A DNA stretch of 64,000 bases from contig CAVRUD010000016.1 in NCBI GenBank assembly GCA_963724285.1, positions 21,676-85,675 on the forward strand, read 5' to 3'. The notes beneath the pieces are model-generated. The model had not been told where the DNA came from. It saw only the letters and a list, made by a program, of their open reading frames with translations, and searched no databases. This document shows positions 38,560-47,295 of the stretch, piece by piece. Position 1 is the stretch's first letter; every line of letters begins with the position of its first letter. This DNA comes from an uncultured Chloroflexia bacterium. GTDB lineage: Bacteria > Chloroflexota > Chloroflexia > Thermomicrobiales > UBA6265. Both the position numbers and the translations under genes were made by a program.

Positions 38560-41178
38560 ATGCGCTCTCCGTCCTCCCCCCATCTTATGCCGTTGTCGCT
38601 TGAGGCGGTATTCAATGCCGACCGCGCCAAGCTCGACGGCGGGTTGGCACCCCAGGGTCATGCGGACAAGTACTGGGATGGCAGCAGCTACTACGGCGAT
38701 CAAACGTACCGGGGCATCCCATTCAAGCTCGGCGAAAAGGGGAAACCGAACGTCCTCCTTCTCTCGCCCGGCCAGGGCGAGGTCCGGATCGATACCGGCA
38801 ACCTGATGGCCACGTTCGTGGTCTTTGTCCACGCCGTCGAAAACCACCCACCCCACGACCCGTTCGAGCCCTTCCCATACGGCGGCGTCCAGGGCGGCAA
38901 TCTGGTCGGAGGGTGGGTATCCGATTACGTGCTCCAGTATGCCGACGGCGAGACAGCCGAGACCCGCATCGCCCGCCGCTTTGCGATCCAGCAACGCTAC
39001 TTTACCTGGGGCGCCAGTCCGTTCGCGGCGATGCCCGCGCTCGGACCGGCGGTCTTCACCACGGCGAGCGAAGATCGCGTCCTCGGTCGTATCTCCCGCG
39101 ATACCGCCGGCGAGGTCGAGTGCCGTGCCGACGCCCGCCGCCTGATGGGCGATGAAAACCTCTGGCTCTACGCCCTGCCGAATCCTCGTCCCGAGATCCC
39201 TATCGAAGCGCTCGTACTCCGGCCCCGGGAAGAGCGCTCCGTCATCTACGGCATCTCGACCACCACGTTACCGGACCATCCCCTGCGCCTGGGCACGCGC
39301 CAGAAACTCATCCTCTCCCTGCCGGAGGGCGTGCAACTCAACGACCTGGGCGAACTTGACACCGACTATCGCAGTCCGGTGATCGGCATCGACCTCGGCA
39401 CGGTGATTTCCGCCCGCCAGACACTGACCTACGACCGGGAACGCTGGCTGAGCCAGGATCCGAACGTCCAACCCGCCGCCGAAACCCAGAGCGTCGTGGT
39501 CGAGTATGCCGCTCACCCTCAAGCGAAGCTCTACGTCGCCACCGGGCCGGATTCCGTCCTGGCCAGCGACCTGCCGTCCGCACCGGGCGGACCGCACGGC
39601 GACCTCAACCTGCAGGCGGTCGAGGCGGCCGACCGTCCGGTGACGATCCGCGTGCTCGACAAGGCGACCGGCCAGCCGGTCCCCGTCCGGATCCACATGC
39701 ACGGCGTCGCCGGGGAGTACCTGCCGCCACGCGGTAACCACCGCAAGGTCAACCCGTTCTGGTTCGAAGACAACTACGGCGAGTTCGTCAACGGCCGCAA
39801 CCAGTACGCCTACATCTCCGGCGAATGCATCGCCGATCTGCCTTTGGGGACGGTTTACGTCGAGATCAGCCGCGGCTACGAGATCGAGCCGATCAGGACC
39901 GCGGTCCAAGTGGGGGCCTACACCGACGCGCTGACCTTCGAGCTGGAGAAGCGCCTGCCCTGGCGGGAGCGCGGCTGGGTGACGGCCGATACCCACGTCC
40001 ACTTCCTCAGCCCGACCACCGCCCTGCTGGAGGGCGCGGCCGAGGGCGTCAACGTCGTCAACCTGCTCGCCAGCCAGTGGGGCGAGATGTTCAGCAACGT
40101 CACCGACTTCGACGGCCGCACCACCCTTGGCGCCCGCGACTTCGGCGGCGACGGCGAGTTCCTGGTCCGGGTCGGAACCGAGAACCGGATGCAGGTCCTC
40201 GGCCACATCTCCCTGCTCGGTTACAACGGCCCGATGATCCATCCGCTCTGCACGGGCGGCCCGGACGAATCCGCGATCGGCGACCCGCAGGAAGTCACGA
40301 TGGCGGAATGGGCCAGCCGCTGCATCGAGCAGGGCGGCCTGGTCGTCATGCCGCACGGCCCCAACCCGAACGCCGAGCGGGCGGCGGATATCGTCCTCGG
40401 TCTGATCCACGCGATCGAGATGATGACCTTCAACCCCTTCGATGCCCAGATCAATGCCTTCGGTCTGGCAGATTGGTACCGCTACCAGAACCTGGGCTAC
40501 CAGATTCCCCTCAGCGGCGGTTCCGACAAGATGTCGGCCGCCTCGCTGCTCGGCGGAGTCCGGACCTACGCCCATCTGGGGGAGATGGACTTCTCCTACC
40601 AGGGCTGGATGGACGCGATGCGCGCCGGCAATACCTTCGTCACGGTCGGCCCGCTGATCGAGTTCGCGGTCGAGGGCAAACCTGCGGGCGGCCGGATCGA
40701 GATGCCCGCCAGCGGCGGCGTCGAGGTGACCTGGAACGTCGAATCGGTCCGCTGCCCAATCGAGAAGATCGAGGTAATCGCGGGCGGCCAGGTGGCCGAT
40801 GAGGTGGCCGTCAACGCGCTCTCCCATACCGGCCACGTCGCCGTGCCGGTGCGTGCATCGACCTGGATCGCCCTACGGGTGCGCGGCAGCCTGAGCGGCC
40901 GCCCCGGCGACATCGCCGCCCACACGAGCGCCGTCCAGATCCTGGTCGACGGCAAGGAACTCTTTTCGACGGTCGATGCGGTCAACCTCCTGGAGCAGAT
41001 CGAGGGCACCCTGGCCTACGTCGACACCATCGCCCCCCGCCCGGAAGCCCAGCGCTACAGGCAACTCCGCGCCACCCTGGAAACCGCCCACAACCGGATG
41101 CACAGCCGCCTCCACGCTCAGGGAGTCGCCCACCTGCACACCCCGATTCATCACCACGACGCCCACCGGGAGCACTGA
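38560..41178 (+). CDS. 872-aa protein: uncharacterised N-terminal half + CehA/McbA (PHP-like) metallohydrolase half + His-rich tail
   Basis: WVTADTHVHFLSP...VVMPHGPNPN...SGGSDKMS. The tail is HNRMHSRLHAQGVAHLHTPIHHHDAHREH. Confidence 0.7.
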   Translation: MRSPSSPHLMPLSLEAVFNADRAKLDGGLAPQGHADKYWDGSSYYGDQTYRGIPFKLGEKGKPNVLLLSPGQGEVRIDTGNLMATFVVFVHAVENHPPHDPFEPFPYGGVQGGNLVGGWVSDYVLQYADGETAETRIARRFAIQQRYFTWGASPFAAMPALGPAVFTTASEDRVLGRISRDTAGEVECRADARRLMGDENLWLYALPNPRPEIPIEALVLRPREERSVIYGISTTTLPDHPLRLGTRQKLILSLPEGVQLNDLGELDTDYRSPVIGIDLGTVISARQTLTYDRERWLSQDPNVQPAAETQSVVVEYAAHPQAKLYVATGPDSVLASDLPSAPGGPHGDLNLQAVEAADRPVTIRVLDKATGQPVPVRIHMHGVAGEYLPPRGNHRKVNPFWFEDNYGEFVNGRNQYAYISGECIADLPLGTVYVEISRGYEIEPIRTAVQVGAYTDALTFELEKRLPWRERGWVTADTHVHFLSPTTALLEGAAEGVNVVNLLASQWGEMFSNVTDFDGRTTLGARDFGGDGEFLVRVGTENRMQVLGHISLLGYNGPMIHPLCTGGPDESAIGDPQEVTMAEWASRCIEQGGLVVMPHGPNPNAERAADIVLGLIHAIEMMTFNPFDAQINAFGLADWYRYQNLGYQIPLSGGSDKMSAASLLGGVRTYAHLGEMDFSYQGWMDAMRAGNTFVTVGPLIEFAVEGKPAGGRIEMPASGGVEVTWNVESVRCPIEKIEVIAGGQVADEVAVNALSHTGHVAVPVRASTWIALRVRGSLSGRPGDIAAHTSAVQILVDGKELFSTVDAVNLLEQIEGTLAYVDTIAPRPEAQRYRQLRATLETAHNRMHSRLHAQGVAHLHTPIHHHDAHREH

Positions 41179-41422
41179 TGCGTAGGTCTGGCCGGGGCTC
41201 GAAGACTGGTCCCACACCCCGATCCACTCGGCACGGAAGTTCGATCTCGAGGCGATGGCGGCCTTCCGCCGGTTCCAGGCGAACCCCAAGCTCCGCGAGT
41301 TGCGCATCCGCCGTTGCCTGACGGCGACGCGTCATAGTGGAGTATCCTGCCCGCACGAGCTTATCGCGGATGTCGGTGCCGGATCCCGGCGGTGACCGTC
41401 GGCCGGCGTTGTCGGCCAGGAC

Positions 41423-42257
41423 GTGCCCATGATCGACCCCGTGGATGTCGCGCAGCAATATACGACCGATTCGCTGGTCGACCGGATCGACGGTGCCCTC
41501 GCGGAGGCGGGCCTGGACGCCGAGCAGCTCGACTGGCGTGACCTCGCTCCATTCGACAACTTCCACTCGCGCGGGGTCACCGCGGCCACGGAGCTGGCGC
41601 AGGCCCTGGCACCCGAACCCGGGACCCACGTCCTGGACATTGGCTGCGGGGTCGGTGGTCCCGCGCGTTTGCTCGCCGCCATGTACGACTGCCGCGTCAC
41701 CGGGATCGACCTGACCCCGGCCGCCGTCGCGGCGGCCACCGCCCTGTCGGCGCGGACCGGGCTCAGCGACCCAACCCGGTTTCGCGAAGCTGACGCGTTG
41801 AACCTGCCGTTTTCGGACGCAACCCTCGACCAAGCCTGGACCCAGCACGCGGCGACGAACATCGCGGGACCGGGCTGGGCTCTACGCGGAAATTTCCCGG
41901 GTGCTCAAGCCGGGCGGGCGGCTGGCGATCCACGACGTAGTCGAAGGAGCGAATGGCCCGCTCGCCTTCCCGGTGCCGTGGGCGCCCACCCCGCAAAGCA
42001 ACTCCATGCTGACGTCCGATGCGATGCGTTCTGCGCTGATCGAGGCGGGATTCGAGATCCTGTCGTGGGAGGACAAGACGGCGGTCACGCTCGCAGGTCC
42101 GCCCAAGTCGCCGGTCGGGGACGCGGGTTCGACTCCCCCGCCGCCACCGACGTTCGTGTTGGCGGGGCCGGAGTACCCGCGCATGGTCGAGACCTTCCTG
42201 CGCAACCTGCGAGTGGGCCGGGCCGGCGTCGTGCAGGTGATCGCCGCGCGGCGCTGA
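41423..42257 (+). CDS. class I SAM-dependent methyltransferase, frameshift near 41866
   Basis: VLDIGCGVGGPARLLA...VTGIDL, then in another frame LYAEISRVLKPGGRLAIHD. Confidence 0.75.
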
Positions 42258-42292
42258 CCGCTCCTCCCGCTTGTCTCACGAGGAGAACTGGG

Positions 42293-43447
42293 ATGGCCGA
42301 CGATGCCCGTGGTCTGCCCGGCGTTGATGCCGCGACGCTTGCGCCCATGGTCCGCGACCTGCTCGGCGAGCCCGCCGCCGTCGCGGAGGGGTGGTCCTGC
42401 CGCGCGCTCGGCGGCGGGGCCAGCGAGGGGATCGGGCTCTACCGGGTGTCCGGTCTGGCGCGCGTCGGCGGAGCCACCCGTCCGTGGGCGCTGGTCTGCA
42501 AAGTCTGCGCGCCGGCGAACGGGACTGATCCGGGCGCGTGGGACTACCCGCCGCGCGAGCCGCTCGCGTACGGCTCGGGCCTGCTGGTGGCGCTGCCCGG
42601 GGGGCTTGCCGCCCCGCGCTGCCTGACCGTCGAGGCGCAGCCGGACGGGACGAGCCGGCTCTGGCTCGAGGCGGTCGCCGACGCGCGCCCCGGTGCGTGG
42701 TCCCGTGACCGCTACGCCCTGGTCGCTCGGCGCCTCGGCCGCTTCAGCGGCGCCTACCTGGCCGGCGCGCCCCTACCCGACGAGCCGTGGTTGAGCCGGG
42801 GGTGGCTGCGCGACTTCATCGCGCCGTCCGGCCCCGCCCTCGCCGAGCTGGAGCGCCTCGCCGCCCCCGGCGGCCCGCCGTTGCTGCGGAGGCTCTACCC
42901 GCCGACCGTCGTCGCTGAGCTCGGGCGGCTCTGGGCGGAGCGGGAACGCCTCCTCGCGGCCCTGGACCGGCTGCCGCGGACCTTCTGCCACCACGACGCC
43001 TTCCGGCGCAACCTGCTGCACCGGGCGGGACCGGACGGAGAGGGCCTCGTGGCCATCGACTGGGCGTACGCGGGCCTCGGGGCGGTCGGGGAGGAGCTCG
43101 GGCAACTGGTGGTGGCCAGCCTCTACTTCTTCGAGGCGAAGGGGATCGGTCCGCGCGACCTCGCCGCGGCCTGCTTCGCCGGCTACGTGGCGGGATTGCG
43201 GGAGGCGGGCTGGGCCGGGGACGAGCGCCACGCGCGCCTGGGCTTCGCCGTCGACGCGGCGCTGCGCACCACCGTTGGCCTCCTCCCTGTGATTGTGCCG
43301 TTGGTCGCCGATCCGGCTCGGCGACCGGTCGCGGAAGACCGGTTCGGGCGCCCACTCGAAGACGTGGTGGCGGCCTGGGCCGAGTTGTGGCCGCTCCAGT
43401 TCGGGCTAGCCGAGGAGGCTCGGGCGTTGCTGCCGACGATCGGCTAG
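42293..43447 (+). CDS. phosphotransferase (APH/choline-kinase-like) family protein
   Basis: AGGAGA SD. Catalytic loop FCHHDAFRRNLL and IDWAYAG. Confidence 0.7.
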   Translation: MADDARGLPGVDAATLAPMVRDLLGEPAAVAEGWSCRALGGGASEGIGLYRVSGLARVGGATRPWALVCKVCAPANGTDPGAWDYPPREPLAYGSGLLVALPGGLAAPRCLTVEAQPDGTSRLWLEAVADARPGAWSRDRYALVARRLGRFSGAYLAGAPLPDEPWLSRGWLRDFIAPSGPALAELERLAAPGGPPLLRRLYPPTVVAELGRLWAERERLLAALDRLPRTFCHHDAFRRNLLHRAGPDGEGLVAIDWAYAGLGAVGEELGQLVVASLYFFEAKGIGPRDLAAACFAGYVAGLREAGWAGDERHARLGFAVDAALRTTVGLLPVIVPLVADPARRPVAEDRFGRPLEDVVAAWAELWPLQFGLAEEARALLPTIG

Positions 43448-43686
43448 GCGAAGGGACTCGGGGCTGGCTGTGCCAGCGAGGCCACGACGCCTAGATCGCT
43501 CGCCATGGTGGGACCGCTCTTTTGGCCACCGATGCGCCCGCTAGGCGTCCCTTCGCTGGCGAGGTGTGCGGGAATTTGCCTGTCCACAGTGATACAGGGC
43601 AAGAACGAGGACCGATATGGACAAGCTCGCGTTCCGATTCGTCCGCCGCCCAGAGAAATCGCTCAACGCTCGCGCGTCCTCGACGG

Positions 43687-43965
43687 TTAGGCACCGACCG
43701 CCACTCGCTCCGCCGCGATCTTGGAGCGCAAGGCATCGATATCCACCTCAATCGTTGCTACTTCGGAGGTCCCGCCTTCTTCCGGGATCTCGCGCCCTTG
43801 ATCGAGATCGGTCAGGATCAACGCCTCGGCGCAATCCATTGCCATTGCAATCGCTTCCTCGTACGTGGCGCCAAACGTCACGAGGTTGGGAATGTCTGGG
43901 CTGGTCACATTGAACGCGGTTCCGTCGGATTCTGGTGTTAGGACGATGCTGTAGCGCCGCGTCAT
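43687..43965 (-). CDS. hicB: HicB family antitoxin
   Basis: YSIVLTPESDGTAFNVTSPDIPNLVTFGATYEEAIAMAMDCAEALI. Confidence 0.8.
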   Translation of the reverse strand: MTRRYSIVLTPESDGTAFNVTSPDIPNLVTFGATYEEAIAMAMDCAEALILTDLDQGREIPEEGGTSEVATIEVDIDALRSKIAAERVAVGA

Positions 43966-43984
43966 GGCAGGGGTTCCTTTCGCG

Positions 43985-44200
43985 TTACCGCAAGTCTAGG
44001 AACTCTTCTGGCGTCATGCCAGTCAACTTGATGATGTTCCGGAGCGTGCCGGATGGCAAATCGCCTTGGTGCGCAGGAACCGGCACAATGAACCCATCAC
44101 GCTGCCAGATACGGTGGCCAGTTTGCCGGACAAGCGTGAATCCCGCCCGTCTCAGGACTCCCTCGACGTCGCGCGCCGTCATTGCGGGGAGTTTCACCAC
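43985..44200 (-). CDS. hicA: HicA mRNA interferase toxin
   Basis: ARDVEGVLRRAGFTLVRQTGHRIWQ...VPVPAHQGDLPSGTLRNIIK. Confidence 0.85.
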   Translation of the reverse strand: MVKLPAMTARDVEGVLRRAGFTLVRQTGHRIWQRDGFIVPVPAHQGDLPSGTLRNIIKLTGMTPEEFLDLR

Positions 44201-44399
44201 CGCGAGGCTCGCCTTTCATCCGCAACCAAACGATCTCCTACGCCGGATACGGTGGCGATCGAGCCTGACTATACGGGCTGACCGCATGCTTACCGGCACT
44301 CAGTGTCGCATGTCCTTTCTTGCAACATGGTCACGTCGAACCGCTCCACGCTCACGATGCCCACAGAGAGCATTTGATCGCATTGCAAACACATTCTTA

Positions 44400-44531
44400 G
44401 AGCGCCTATCAAAACCGCTCGCTCGGCAGCAAGACCCGGGGTTGACCCCCCTACCCAGCGGGCTGAGCCCGACGAAGCCCTTCCAGGGCCGAGAACGGCG
44501 ACGCCTACCCTGACGGTTGTGATAGGCGCAC
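44400..44531. mobile_element. MITE related to the IS5-family element (copy 2), with TTA target duplication
   Basis: GAGCGCCTATCAAAACC...GGTTGTGATAGGCGCAC (15/17 IR). TTA at 44397-44399 and 44532-44534. Confidence 0.65.
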
Positions 44532-44579
44532 TTAGAGGTCGAATGGCGATCCTCGATGGCGGCGTAACGGGGTGTACTG

Positions 44580-44828
44580 AGGCGACACCGGGCGACAGGC
44601 AGGTCCGCCGCGCTCGCGTCTGTCCAACAGGAGATCTTCTCGACGGTCGATGCGGTTAACCTCCTGGAGCAGATCGAGGGCACCCTGGCCTACGTCGACA
44701 CGATCGCCCCCCGCCCGGAAGCCCAGCGGTACAAGCAACTCCGGGCCACGCTGGAGACGGCCCACCACCGGATGCACCATCGCCTGCACACCCCCATCCA
44801 CCACCACGAGGCGCATCGGGAGCATTGA
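44580..44828 (+). pseudogene. 3' fragment of a paralog of the 38560-41178 gene
   Basis: Encodes ...IFSTVDAVNLLEQIEGTLAYVDTIAPRPEAQRYKQLRATLETAHHRMHHRLHTPIHHHEAHREH*, near-identical to the C-terminus at 40960-41178 except for a deletion of about 9 codons. Confidence 0.75.
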
Positions 44829-44896
44829 CGGCAATGGCGTGTGCGGGGCGCGGCAATCGGGCATGGGCGGCCGAACATCCGCGTCGTCTCGGCTTT

Positions 44897-45051
44897 GCCC
44901 GGGCGTTCCCCTCGTAGGGGCGGACCGGCGTGTCCGCCCGGCCACGACATCACGGCGTGTCGTGAGAGGTGACACTGTCCCCAGACCGCAACGCCCTGGT
45001 CAGCCACCGGGCGGACACACCGGTCCGCCCCTACGAGGGGAACGCCCGGGC
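44897..45051. repeat. REPIN-like inverted doublet (45-nt arms) of GTAG-headed hairpins
   Basis: GCCCGGGCGTTCCCCTCGTAGGGGCGGACCGGCGTGTCCGCCCGG and its reverse complement (1 mismatch). Confidence 0.75.
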
Positions 45052-45104
45052 CAGCATCGGACCCTGCGGGTAGCGGAACCGGCCGGTTTCAACATGGCTG
45101 TCGT

Positions 45105-45884
45105 CTACCGCGGGCGATCGAGCAGTGTCAGAATCGCCCGGCCGATCTCCTGCCGTTTCGCCTTATCGAGCGTGGCGAACGGCAACTGCGCCGCCGGGCC
45201 AACGACCAGGAACGGCCGCGCGCCACTGGCCAACTCGATGCTCTGCCCCGTGACAACATACGGCCGCATCCCGAGGTGATCGCGCGAGATCGTCCAGAAC
45301 GGAACCCAGCCGTCCGGTGAGGCGAATGCGATGAGATCCCGGTAGCGTTTGGCGACCGAGATCAGGATCACATCGGGCGCGAGGTACTCGATCAGGCGAT
45401 GCCAGAGCGGGACTCCGTCAGCCAGGAACGCAGTCTTGCCGCTGTCCAGCTTTGACCAGGTCGGATCGGTGGCCAGCGGCGAGCAGAGGTCCGTGTGCAC
45501 GGCGGTATGGCGCGCCCCGTCGAAGAAGCTGGCATCCATCCCGCGTAGGACCTGCTCGAACCAGTCAAACCAGGCCCGGTACGGCGCGATCCGAAAATAG
45601 TCGTGAAGCGCGGAGAGGTACACGGACCGCGCCGCCTCGCTACGGTCGTGTGGATCGAGCCCGTGCGCCGCGCGAAAGCGCAGGAAGGGATTTTCCACCG
45701 GAAACTCCCGCCGGGACGGATTGAGCCCGACCGTCACAATCCTCAACGGGGAGGCCGCGTAGCGCTCGGCATCACCCCAGTACGGCAGTGGGATCGAGGG
45801 CCGCACCACGGCAGGATGGTCTACGGAATGGAGGTAGATGCGCCAGGCCTCGTCAATCAGTGTGGACAGCTCAGGATCTATCAA
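45105..45884 (-). CDS. hypothetical protein, possibly a divergent Mug/TDG-like member of the UDG superfamily
   Basis: 259-aa ORF. LRIVTVGLNPSRREFPVENPFLRF resembles the G-[IL]-N-P-[GS] motif context. Weak; assessed by eye only. Confidence 0.4.
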   Translation of the reverse strand: MIDPELSTLIDEAWRIYLHSVDHPAVVRPSIPLPYWGDAERYAASPLRIVTVGLNPSRREFPVENPFLRFRAAHGLDPHDRSEAARSVYLSALHDYFRIAPYRAWFDWFEQVLRGMDASFFDGARHTAVHTDLCSPLATDPTWSKLDSGKTAFLADGVPLWHRLIEYLAPDVILISVAKRYRDLIAFASPDGWVPFWTISRDHLGMRPYVVTGQSIELASGARPFLVVGPAAQLPFATLDKAKRQEIGRAILTLLDRPR

Positions 45885-45887
45885 TGG

Positions 45888-46112
45888 ATGCTGCTACTCC
45901 ATTACTGGCGCCACGAACGAATCACCTCTCCGTCAGCCAATATTGCGAATCGTGCCGAAGCCGACCTGTCTGCCATCGCCGGTTCGGGATTCATTCCGAT
46001 CTTCGACAGCCTCGTTCGCACGGCGTTAGACGCGGGTCCCGAGTATGGACGTGTCCTGCTTCCGCCGATGCCGATGCCGAATCTCACCACCCAGGCGGCC
46101 CAGGTTGAGTAG
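45888..46112 (+). CDS. small hypothetical protein (74 aa)
   Basis: Best third-position GC of the overlapping frames. No recognisable family. Confidence 0.25.
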   Translation: MLLLHYWRHERITSPSANIANRAEADLSAIAGSGFIPIFDSLVRTALDAGPEYGRVLLPPMPMPNLTTQAAQVE

Positions 46113-46306
46113 GACCAGGAGCCGGTGCGCACCCACTCCCTGTTTTTCCCCCGGCTCAATTCGACGGGCTAGAACGCATGCCCGACCGGCACCTCAACTT
46201 ATGCGAATGCGCGGCGACGCTGCAGAAAGGACCCATAATGCGGTCCCAGCAATCCCATCTCGGGCAGGCGCCGGGCCACCGTGAACCCAGCGGCCCGGCG
46301 CCTGCG

Positions 46307-47170
46307 CTAGGAACGAACCATCAGCGAGGCGTTCGGGAACGCTCCAAGGCCAATGCGTCGGATCAACGCGACGAAATCCTCCAGGTGGGTTTCGAACGCT
46401 GCGTGTCCCCCCGGTATCTCGACGCGGTTGGCTCCGGCGCCCTCGACCAACCAGCGCGCGGCGGCTCCATACCAACCATCCCGGTTGTCCTCTCCCACAA
46501 CCACTGTCAGCGGAACGCCGCTCACGGGCAGGAGATCACGATCCGGAACGAACGCCGCGAATGCGGGCAACTCGATTGAGAAGAACATCGCGGCGTTCGC
46601 AAATGTCCGCTCCCGCAACCCGGGGTCGGCGGTCGCGAGCCACGACTCGTACCCCTCATCTCCCGCGTTTGCGCGGATGAACACCTCCATGGCCTGTCGC
46701 GGTCCGCCCTCGGCCATGGCCTGCACCATGATCTCGCGGAAGCCGCCGACAATCTCTTCGCCGTTGGGTACGACTGCGAGCAATGGCGGTTCATAGGCGA
46801 CGGCGTGGCGCACGATGTCGGGATAACGCGCAACCAACCCGCAGGCGATCGACCCACCGCCGCTGTGGCCGACCACCACGGCAGGCGCAAGGTCGAGTGT
46901 CCGCAGCAGCGCGGCGGCGTCGTCGGCCTGCTCCTCCACGCTCGTGGCGGTCCAACTCACCGGGCGCGGGCTGCGCGAGCAGCCGCGCCGGTCGTAGGTA
47001 ACGACCGTGAATTCTTCCACCAGATCGGGCGCAACGTGCGCCCAGAACCCCGCGTCGCCGGCCCCGCCGGTAATCAACAACAGTGCCGGTCCACGACCAC
47101 AGACCTCGTAGTACAGCGTCGCGGGTCCAGCATCGACGAGCCCTGAACTGGGTATCTGCCTGGCGCTCAT
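46307..47170 (-). CDS. alpha/beta hydrolase
   Basis: LLLITGGAGDAGFW...VVVGHSGGGSIA nucleophile elbow. Confidence 0.85.
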   Translation of the reverse strand: MSARQIPSSGLVDAGPATLYYEVCGRGPALLLITGGAGDAGFWAHVAPDLVEEFTVVTYDRRGCSRSPRPVSWTATSVEEQADDAAALLRTLDLAPAVVVGHSGGGSIACGLVARYPDIVRHAVAYEPPLLAVVPNGEEIVGGFREIMVQAMAEGGPRQAMEVFIRANAGDEGYESWLATADPGLRERTFANAAMFFSIELPAFAAFVPDRDLLPVSGVPLTVVVGEDNRDGWYGAAARWLVEGAGANRVEIPGGHAAFETHLEDFVALIRRIGLGAFPNASLMVRS

Positions 47171-47295
47171 GACAATTCTCCTCTGCGTCAGCGGGAATCC
47201 CCAGTCTTGAAGCTACGGAGAAGCCGTCAACAGCGCATCGGCGGAAGTACCCAAAGCGAGCAGTCACACGACGTGGGTACTTTTCAGGAGGATTC

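Noticed and set aside
41179-41420. Small ORFs between the 872-aa gene and the methyltransferase (plus-strand ATG overlapping the TGA at 41178; minus-strand MTRRRQATADAQLAELG...)
   Set aside because: Neither has a recognisable family or a convincing start context. Both frames look equally plausible, which in this GC range argues against calling either.
42121-42150. tRNA-like T-arm string GCGGGTTCGACTCCCCCGCCGCCACC
   Set aside because: It lies inside the methyltransferase CDS. The T-stem does not pair correctly, and no acceptor, D or anticodon arms can be drawn upstream.
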